The position numbers and the translations under genes are program-made. The notes below the pieces were generated by a model. The model searched no databases and was not told the origin of the DNA. It worked only from the letters and a program-made list of their open reading frames with translations. Source: a bacterium (GTDB taxonomy: Bacteria > Oederibacteriota > CAKKQC01). From it: a DNA stretch of 64,000 bases. Location of the stretch: assembly GCA_919901855.1 (NCBI GenBank), contig CAKKQC010000007.1, positions 87,517 through 151,516 on the forward strand, written 5' to 3'. Shown piece by piece: positions 50,093 to 57,081 of the stretch; the stretch's first letter is position 1, and each line of letters starts with the position of its first letter.

Positions 50093-52000
50093 ATGCTGCT
50101 GCCCGACGATACGATCCCCTCGCTCTACCGCCGCATCGCCCGCGGATTCGGCGAGACCTTCTGGGACGAGGGCGCGCGGCTGCTCCGGGACCCCGGCCGG
50201 CCGGGGAAGCACCTGACCCGGGATTCCCTGTACTTCGCCCGGGTCCTCCTGGACCTGCGCGACGAGGTGCAGTCGGCGCGGGCGGCCGGGATCGTCGACG
50301 CCGTCCTCGACACGCAGGTGACGCGGGAGGGGAGCGAGCACTGCGGCAACTTCCCGTGGGGGGCCGAGGACGGGGAGGCGGGCACCTGGGACCCGAACTG
50401 GGCGTGCTTCAACGCCGCGACCCTGCTGGAGCTGCTCGTCTGGCACCGGACCCGGCTGCCCGACGCGACCGTGGCGCGCGCCGAGCGCGCGCTGGCCCTG
50501 TGCGCGGAACACGATCTGGCCCGGTGGGTCGCCCCCGCGTACACGAACATCGCCCTGCTCAGCTCCCTCTGCCTGGCCGGCGCCGGGGAGGTCCTGCGGA
50601 ACCGCGATTTCGCGGAGGCGGGCCGGGAGAAGCTTCGCGAGACCGACGCCTGCGTCGCCACGACCGGGGCGTTCGACGAGTACAACTCGCCGACGTATAC
50701 GGCCGTCAACCTGCGGGCGCTGGCCGGGATCCTCGCGTTCGTCAAGGACGGGGAGGTCCTCGGCGTGGCGGAGAAGCTCCGGCGGTTCCAGTGGGAGGAG
50801 CTCCTCGATCGCGTCCACCTGCCGACCGGCCAGTTGGCCGGCCCGCACGGCCGCGCGTACGGCCGGGACATGCTCCGCGACACGCGGGGCCACGTGAAAT
50901 GGTATCTCTTCCGCGCGCTCGGGGAGGCCTTTCCGGTCGGGGTCGAGGCGGACGCCACGCCGTCGGACCTCTTCCCGGGCCTGATCCTGCTCGATCCCGA
51001 CTGCCCGGAAGACCTGCTGCACGCGTGGCGGAGGCGCCGTCTGCCGCGCTCCGTGTCGATGATCACGGACTCGTGCTCGCGGTCGGTGCCCCTCCCCGAA
51101 TCCCGCCGGTTCCCGCCGCTGTGGCGGTCGCGCGCCGGGCGCGAGGCGTGGAAAACCCTCGTCGAGAGCAAGGGGGCGCCGGGCACGCCGGGGTTCCTGG
51201 GCCAGGTCCAGTGCGCGACTACGCACCTCGCCGGGCTCTGGTGCCTCGGGAGCGCGAGCGCGGAGGCGCTCGGCGACCAGGCCCAGCCGCTCATCGCGCA
51301 CTGGGCGAACGCGGACCGGCCCGACCGCGGGAACTCGTTCGCGGCCCTGGCACTCCGCGAGCACGGGGGCAAGCTCGAGCGGTTCGGCGGCGCGGTCCTG
51401 TGCTGCGCGCAGCACGGCGGCCGGGTGCTCGGCCTGCTGCGGTTCGGACTGGACCCCGAAGACCGCTCCGCCCCGTCGGCGGCGCGCGCAGTGCTCGCGT
51501 TCCAGGTCAACGCGGACGCGAACCCCGAAGTGGTTGTACACGGAGGCTCCCGGGCCATGCCTCTGGCTCCGCCGCCCGACGTGGACGAGACCGTGCCCCT
51601 GCACCGGGGCATCGTCTTCAAGTCGAACGGCGTCCTTTGCGGCGTGCGCGTACTCCAGGCCCGCGTCCCGGGCGCGAAGGTCAGCTCCGCGCTCCGCGAC
51701 CTCGCCGCGCCGGGGGCGGGTGCCGAGGGCGAGACCGGCGCGCACCTGATCCTCGAGCCGGTCGAGCTCGCGCTCGGGGCGGAGGCCTACGTCGCGTTCG
51801 CGGTCGAGGTCTGCGAGGAGACCAGGAGCGGGGGGCTCGCCGGGCTGGCGGGCCGGCTCCTGGCGGCCCGGGTGGACGCGGATCGGAGTGCGGACGGGCG
51901 CGTCCGGCTCGCGTGGGGCTCGCAGTTGACGCTGGAAACGTCGGTCAGGGTCCTGGACATCAAGGGCTGGCTCGACCCCGAGGGGGCCGTGCTCACGTGA
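50093..52000 (+). CDS. Hypothetical protein (possible alpha/alpha-toroid carbohydrate-active fold)
   Basis: Operonic ORF; DPNWACF, YTNIAL, EYNSPTY, AGPHGRAY motifs. Confidence 0.6.
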   Translation: MLLPDDTIPSLYRRIARGFGETFWDEGARLLRDPGRPGKHLTRDSLYFARVLLDLRDEVQSARAAGIVDAVLDTQVTREGSEHCGNFPWGAEDGEAGTWDPNWACFNAATLLELLVWHRTRLPDATVARAERALALCAEHDLARWVAPAYTNIALLSSLCLAGAGEVLRNRDFAEAGREKLRETDACVATTGAFDEYNSPTYTAVNLRALAGILAFVKDGEVLGVAEKLRRFQWEELLDRVHLPTGQLAGPHGRAYGRDMLRDTRGHVKWYLFRALGEAFPVGVEADATPSDLFPGLILLDPDCPEDLLHAWRRRRLPRSVSMITDSCSRSVPLPESRRFPPLWRSRAGREAWKTLVESKGAPGTPGFLGQVQCATTHLAGLWCLGSASAEALGDQAQPLIAHWANADRPDRGNSFAALALREHGGKLERFGGAVLCCAQHGGRVLGLLRFGLDPEDRSAPSAARAVLAFQVNADANPEVVVHGGSRAMPLAPPPDVDETVPLHRGIVFKSNGVLCGVRVLQARVPGAKVSSALRDLAAPGAGAEGETGAHLILEPVELALGAEAYVAFAVEVCEETRSGGLAGLAGRLLAARVDADRSADGRVRLAWGSQLTLETSVRVLDIKGWLDPEGAVLT

Positions 52001-53046
52001 ACCTGCACGACCTCGAGACGCCGTGCGCGATCGTGGACCTCGACCGGCTGGAGGCGAACATCGAGAACCTTCAGGCGTACCTCGGGGGCCACGGCATCGC
52101 GAACCGGCCGCATATGAAGACCCACAAAGTCCCCGAGATCGCGCGGATGCAGATGAAGGCGGGGGCGATCGGGACCACGTGCCAGAAACTCGGGGAGGCC
52201 GAGGTCATGGCCGACGGCGGGATCGAGGACATCTTCCTGCCCTACAACCTGCTGGGGGCGGCCAAGCTCGACCGGCTCGTGAGGCTCGCGCGGCGGGTCA
52301 GGATGAGCGTCACGGCCGATTCGGCCGTCGTGGTAGAGGGTCTCTCCGCCGCGATCGCCAAGGCTGGGCTGACGCTCCCGGTCCTCGTCGAGTTCGACAC
52401 CGGGATCGGCCGGTGCGGGGTGCAGACTCCCGGGGAGGCGCGGGAACTCGCCCGGACGATCGCGGCGTCCCCGGGGCTCGTCTTCGCCGGGCTGATGACC
52501 TATCCGCACAACGAGCAGACCGTGCCCTTCGTCGAGGAGACGACGGCCCTGCTCGGGCGGGACGGGATCAAGCCCGGGATCGTGAGCCTCGGGGGGACGT
52601 CGGGCATGAAACAGGCGCACACGCGCAAGGGGGTGACCGAGTACCGGGCCGGGATGTACGCCTTCGGCGACCGGTCGTCCATCGCGTCGGGCGCGACCAC
52701 GCTGGCGAACAGCGCGCTCACGATCCTGACGACGGTCGTCTCGCGGCCGACGCCGGATCGGGGCATCCTCGACGCGGGGAGCAAGACGATCTCGTCGGAC
52801 CTCCTCGGCCTCACCGGTCACGGGCACGTGGTCGAGTACCCGGAGGCGACGATCGGGAAGCTGACCGAGGAGCACGGCCACGGCGACTTCGGGCCGTGCG
52901 CGCGGAAACCGAAGATCGGGGAACGGGTACGGGTGATCCCGAACCACTGCTGCCAGATCGCCAACCTGCTGGGGACCCTCTACGGGGTGCGGGGCGAGGA
53001 GGTCCGGATCGTCTGGCCGGTCCTGGCCAGAGGAAAAGTTCAGTAG
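51997..53046 (+). CDS. PLP-dependent enzyme of the D-threonine aldolase/D-serine dehydratase (alanine racemase fold) family
   Basis: TPCAIVD, RPHMKTHK (PLP Lys), EFDTGIGRCGV, DAGSKT, EEHG, IPNHCC; GTGA overlap with the upstream gene. Confidence 0.85.
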   Translation: MNLHDLETPCAIVDLDRLEANIENLQAYLGGHGIANRPHMKTHKVPEIARMQMKAGAIGTTCQKLGEAEVMADGGIEDIFLPYNLLGAAKLDRLVRLARRVRMSVTADSAVVVEGLSAAIAKAGLTLPVLVEFDTGIGRCGVQTPGEARELARTIAASPGLVFAGLMTYPHNEQTVPFVEETTALLGRDGIKPGIVSLGGTSGMKQAHTRKGVTEYRAGMYAFGDRSSIASGATTLANSALTILTTVVSRPTPDRGILDAGSKTISSDLLGLTGHGHVVEYPEATIGKLTEEHGHGDFGPCARKPKIGERVRVIPNHCCQIANLLGTLYGVRGEEVRIVWPVLARGKVQ

Positions 53047-53052
53047 CTTACC

Positions 53053-53091
53053 CGACGCAGGTGGCCCCTTCCCAAGGGGTCACCTGCGTCG
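53053..53091. terminator. 18-bp hairpin after the stop codon, probable terminator between convergent genes
   Basis: cgacgcaggtggcccctt-ccc-aaggggtcacctgcgtcg (one G-U pair). Confidence 0.6.
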
Positions 53092-53156
53092 AGGCGTCGT
53101 CATCGACGCCCGATCGAAGTCCCCCTGCTTGGCCCGCTACCTTCGATGAGGCGTCG

Positions 53157-53921
53157 TCACCGACGCCCGTGGTCCCGGCGCCAGGCCTTGATCCGCTTCG
53201 CCGCGGCCGCGCGTCCGGACTGCTTCGCGACTTTCCGGCGGGGGGCGGTAACCGCGGTGCCGGCCTCGATCGGCTGGCCCTGCTGGATCTCGCTCTGCAC
53301 CAGCCGGTCCACGAACCGGTCGAGCCGGTCGCTCGACTTAGCCTGGGTAGTGATGCCCGTCGGCGGGATCGTGTAGGTCACCGGGCCGGTCGGCGTCGCG
53401 TACGCTGCCGTTGCGCCGATCGCGCCGGAAGACGCCGTCGCGACTCCGACCTGGCCAATGTGCCGGCCGATGGACCAGGCGATCCAGGTTTCGGCGGCCA
53501 GGCCCAGGAGTTCCGACCACGGCTGGGCGACGGTCTCGTCCGAGTCCGGACTTCCCCCGAGGTATCCGAAGAGCGTGCCGAGGCTGTCGAGCGTCTCGCG
53601 CAGCGGCGGCATGACGTTGACGACGGCGGCGACCGCCAGGAGGACGAGCATGACCCGCAGATTAACGACGAACCCGATGCTGAAATAGCGGTCCAGGATC
53701 GCGTGGCCGCCGGTCCCGCCGTTCCGGCGCCAGGCCCAGACGACCCCCGCGACGGTGATGACGAAGAGCAGGAAGACGACCGTCGCGGAATGGCTGGTGG
53801 CCGAGATGGACGAGAGAGTGACCAGGAGCATCCAGGCCAGCAGGTAGCGGAACCGGTCGGATTCAGACAGGCCTTCGCGCGCCAACTGTTCCTTGAGCGG
53901 ACGGACCCGGAGGAAATACAC
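53157..53921 (-). CDS. Hypothetical membrane protein
   Basis: Several hydrophobic segments; GTG start 8 nt after TAAGAT. Confidence 0.6.
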   Translation of the reverse strand: MYFLRVRPLKEQLAREGLSESDRFRYLLAWMLLVTLSSISATSHSATVVFLLFVITVAGVVWAWRRNGGTGGHAILDRYFSIGFVVNLRVMLVLLAVAAVVNVMPPLRETLDSLGTLFGYLGGSPDSDETVAQPWSELLGLAAETWIAWSIGRHIGQVGVATASSGAIGATAAYATPTGPVTYTIPPTGITTQAKSSDRLDRFVDRLVQSEIQQGQPIEAGTAVTAPRRKVAKQSGRAAAAKRIKAWRRDHGRR

Positions 53922-54005
53922 GGTGGTTTATCTTATCAGGCCCTTGGCGCCCGGTGGTATAAGATAAGGCGAGAGACCCGAGAGGGAGCTGTAGGAGGAC
54001 AAGCC

Positions 54006-55034
54006 ATGAGGACGTTCCTGTTGACCGCCTTCGTCATCGTGTTCGCCGGCCGGACCGCGCTCGGGGATCCCGCGACGCCCGCGGTACCGGGCGGCGGGAA
54101 TCCAAACACCGACAACCCCAATGCCGCCACGCCGGCGGTGCCCGGCGGGGGTAACGACCAGGACAAGGACAAGCCCGCGACGACGCCCTCGGGGGTCACG
54201 CCCGGCCAGCCGGGCGGCGGGAACCCGAACAACGACAACCCGAACGCCGCGACACCTGCCCAAAAAGGCACGCCCGCGCCTGCGGCGACCCCGGCGCCGG
54301 CTCCTGCGCCGACCCCGATCCCGCGCCGCTCTCCGTCGTCGATGCCCGCGATCCGGACGACGCAGACCATCCCGCCCGGGGGCGCGCCGGCGCCGATGCC
54401 CGGTTATGCCGCGCCGGCCCCGGCCGCGTTGACTACTCCGTCCGTCTACGCCCAGCCGCCCGTCTACCCCCTGCTCCCGGGCACCGATGAGGTGGCACCG
54501 GGTCCCTCCGGGCCGCCGGTGCCGTGTCTCGCGATCCAGAGCACTATTCTCGCCTCGGGCGGGAAGTGGCTGCTGGTCCCCGTGCCGACCGCGGACCAGG
54601 TGCTCGTCATCGACGCGAAGCGGAACACGCTCATCACGCGGATCATGGTCGGGCCGGGCCCGGTGGCGGTCGCGGTTTCGCCGGACGGCAAGACCGCCTA
54701 CGTAGCCTGCTGGCACGCGGCCTCGGTCGCGGTCGTCAGCCTCGCGGACCTCAAGGTGACCGACACGATCCGGACCGGGCGCAACCCGTCCGCGCTCGTG
54801 GTCAGTCCCAACGGCAAGGAAGTCTGGGTCGCGGATGGCGGGGACAACACCCTGAGCATCATCGACGTCGGATTCCGCCGCGTGCTCGCCGTGGTGCCGG
54901 TCGGGCCCCTGCCGCAGGAGCTCACGGCGACGCCGGACGGCAAGACCCTGTTCGTGTCCAACGCGGGCGACGCGTCCGTGAGCGTCGTGGACATCGGAGC
55001 CCGCATGGTCACGACCGTCATCCGGGGACGTTAA
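54006..55034 (+). CDS. Secreted YVTN/YncE beta-propeller protein with Pro/Asn-rich N-terminal repeats
   Basis: AGGAGG RBS, signal peptide, PGGGNPN repeats, VG..P..VAVSPDGKTAYVA repeats. Confidence 0.75.
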   Translation: MRTFLLTAFVIVFAGRTALGDPATPAVPGGGNPNTDNPNAATPAVPGGGNDQDKDKPATTPSGVTPGQPGGGNPNNDNPNAATPAQKGTPAPAATPAPAPAPTPIPRRSPSSMPAIRTTQTIPPGGAPAPMPGYAAPAPAALTTPSVYAQPPVYPLLPGTDEVAPGPSGPPVPCLAIQSTILASGGKWLLVPVPTADQVLVIDAKRNTLITRIMVGPGPVAVAVSPDGKTAYVACWHAASVAVVSLADLKVTDTIRTGRNPSALVVSPNGKEVWVADGGDNTLSIIDVGFRRVLAVVPVGPLPQELTATPDGKTLFVSNAGDASVSVVDIGARMVTTVIRGR

Positions 55035-55064
55035 ACCCAATAGCAGGGCAAAGCTGAAGGGCCG

Positions 55065-55589
55065 GTGGGCGACCTCCTGGTTCGTCCGGCCGGCCCGGTT
55101 GACGCGGTCGCGATCAACGCGATCTACAACCACTGGGTTCTGACCTCGACTGCTACCTACCAGACCGAGCCTTCGGGGCTCGAGGAGACCCGGACGCAAC
55201 TGGCGTCGCACGGCCCACTGCATCCCATGATCGTGGCCGTCCTGGACGGGACCGCCCGGGGCGGCGAGGTCGTGGGGTGGGGGTCCCTCTCGCCATTCCA
55301 CGGCCGCGAGGCCTACGCGCGCACGGTCGAGAACTCGGTCTACGTCCACCCCGAGCGCCTGCGCCGGGGGATCGGTTCCGCCCTGCTCGCCCGGCTGATC
55401 TCGCTCGGGAGCGTTGCCGGCCACCGCGTCATCGTGGCCCGGATCGACGCGGAGCAGGTTCCCAGCCTCGCGCTGCACGCCAAACACGGGTTCACGCGCG
55501 CCGGCGAGCTCCGGCAGGTGGGGTACAAGTTCGACCGCTGGCTCGACGTGATCTACATGCAGAGGAACCTGCGCGAGGACGGACGGTGA
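55065..55589 (+). CDS. GNAT N-acetyltransferase (YncA/MddA/phosphinothricin acetyltransferase-like)
   Basis: AIYNHWV, ENSVYVHP..RRGIG, VGYKFDRWLD. Confidence 0.85.
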   Translation: MGDLLVRPAGPVDAVAINAIYNHWVLTSTATYQTEPSGLEETRTQLASHGPLHPMIVAVLDGTARGGEVVGWGSLSPFHGREAYARTVENSVYVHPERLRRGIGSALLARLISLGSVAGHRVIVARIDAEQVPSLALHAKHGFTRAGELRQVGYKFDRWLDVIYMQRNLREDGR

Positions 55590-56557
55590 GGACGCGGCGG
55601 CCGGGACGGACGGGGCTCGACCAGTCGGTGCTGGGTCTCGGCGGCCACGAGTTCCTGCCCGACGGACGGTCCCGCGGGTTCAACGAGGACTACGGACGCG
55701 CCACGAGCGCGGGGGTGATCTTCCCCGGGTTCGGGGGGGAGCGGCGGCGGGGCGTGGTGGCGGCCGCGCACGCGGCGGGGATCAACTTCTTCGATGTCAC
55801 CATCGACTCCGAGAAGGAGGCGCTCGGCCGCAACCTGCGCGAGTGTCCGCCGCCACGCGAGATCGCGGTCCAGACCCGGCCCGAGGGCATGGTCTACACG
55901 AACAATCCAGACGATGCGCACAACTGGCGGATGGCGGACCTCGGGCTCCTCCGGGACGAGGTGCGCCGCGGCCTCGGCCTCCTCGGGCGGCCGCGCGTGG
56001 ACTTCCTGAACCTCGGGTTCATGGGGTCCGCGGTGGAGCACGACCCCGGCTACCTGGCGAAGATCGTCCGCAACGTCCGGGCTCTCAAGGACGATGGGCT
56101 GATCCGGTTCGCCTGCGCGGACACCTTCTCGGGCGAATGGCTCTACGAGCGCCAGATCGGGACGGGGGCCTTCGACGGGATCTTCATCAACTTAAACCTC
56201 GCCGACGACGGGCCGGCGCGCCGGATCCTTCCGCTGGCCGCCGACCTCGGGCTATCCGTGCATTGCCGCGAGGCCTTCCTCAAGGGCGAGCTCTTCCGGC
56301 TGGGAGAGGCGGCGGGGGTGACGGACCGCGCCGCGCTGGCGCGGGCGGCGCTCCGGTGGGTTCTCGCCCACCCCCAGGTCACCACCGTCGTGGTCGGGGC
56401 GGACAATGCGGCCCAGCTCGAGGCGGCGGTCGCCGCAGCGGAACAGCCGGAGCTCGACGACCAGGATCGCGGACTCCTCGACCGGGTCCGGGCCACCGGG
56501 GCGTTCCGCGACGTCCAGGACGGGAAACGCAGGGCGTTCGGCACGTATACTGCCTGA
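55586..56557 (+). CDS. Aldo/keto reductase-fold protein
   Basis: GRTGLDQSVLGLGG, GINFFD, GLIRF, ALRWVLAHPQVTTVVVGA. Confidence 0.75.
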   Translation: MRTRRPGRTGLDQSVLGLGGHEFLPDGRSRGFNEDYGRATSAGVIFPGFGGERRRGVVAAAHAAGINFFDVTIDSEKEALGRNLRECPPPREIAVQTRPEGMVYTNNPDDAHNWRMADLGLLRDEVRRGLGLLGRPRVDFLNLGFMGSAVEHDPGYLAKIVRNVRALKDDGLIRFACADTFSGEWLYERQIGTGAFDGIFINLNLADDGPARRILPLAADLGLSVHCREAFLKGELFRLGEAAGVTDRAALARAALRWVLAHPQVTTVVVGADNAAQLEAAVAAAEQPELDDQDRGLLDRVRATGAFRDVQDGKRRAFGTYTA

Positions 56558-56566
56558 TGGAGGTAC

Positions 56567-57010
56567 GTGACCCATGACGACTGCGCTGGAGGAATCCTGG
56601 ACCCCGCCGGCCTGAGCATAGATCCGGAATCGCCGGAGGGGGTCAACCGGCGTGCGTCACCGCGTCGCCCGGTCCGGATCGCGGGCACGGCGTGGATCGT
56701 CGCGCGCGTGGTCGCCCCGCCCTTCAAGGTCGAGGCAACCGATGTCAGCGCCGGCGGGATGATGCTCCACGGCACCTCGCGCGCCTTCCCCGAGCTGGAG
56801 CCCGGCGACGAGTTCATGATCGGGTTCCCGGTCGAGCACTCCAAGGAGGACGTCAGCGTGCGGGGCAGGCTGGCGTGGAAGCGGATGGGGTTGATGACCC
56901 TGCTCGGGGACTGGTCCTTCGGCATCCGGTTCCACGACACGCCCGAGTCCGTGATCCTCAAGCTCCTCGACGTGGCCGCGCGCCAGCGGGAGAGTCCCCA
57001 AAAGCCCTGA
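56567..57010 (+). CDS. PilZ domain protein
   Basis: RRASPR (RxxxR) and DVSAGG (DxSxxG) c-di-GMP-binding motifs; GIRF; GGAGG RBS. Confidence 0.8.
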   Translation: MTHDDCAGGILDPAGLSIDPESPEGVNRRASPRRPVRIAGTAWIVARVVAPPFKVEATDVSAGGMMLHGTSRAFPELEPGDEFMIGFPVEHSKEDVSVRGRLAWKRMGLMTLLGDWSFGIRFHDTPESVILKLLDVAARQRESPQKP

Positions 57011-57042
57011 CGGGGCCGCCGTCTGCGGCGGAGGCGCCCGAA

Positions 57043-57072
57043 TTGAACGCGGACGCGCGGGGGGCGTACAAT
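57043..57072 (+). promoter_or_regulatory. Putative promoter of the RT gene (TTGAAC-N18-TACAAT), likely leaderless
   Basis: TACAAT at 57067-57072 is 9 nt before ATG 57082; no SD sequence. Confidence 0.5.
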
Positions 57073-57081
57073 CCCGACGCA

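Noticed and set aside
56692-57081. N-terminal extension of the RT ORF given in the track
   Set aside because: It overlaps the PilZ gene out of frame; ATG 57082 follows a promoter-like motif and precedes RT-like sequence.
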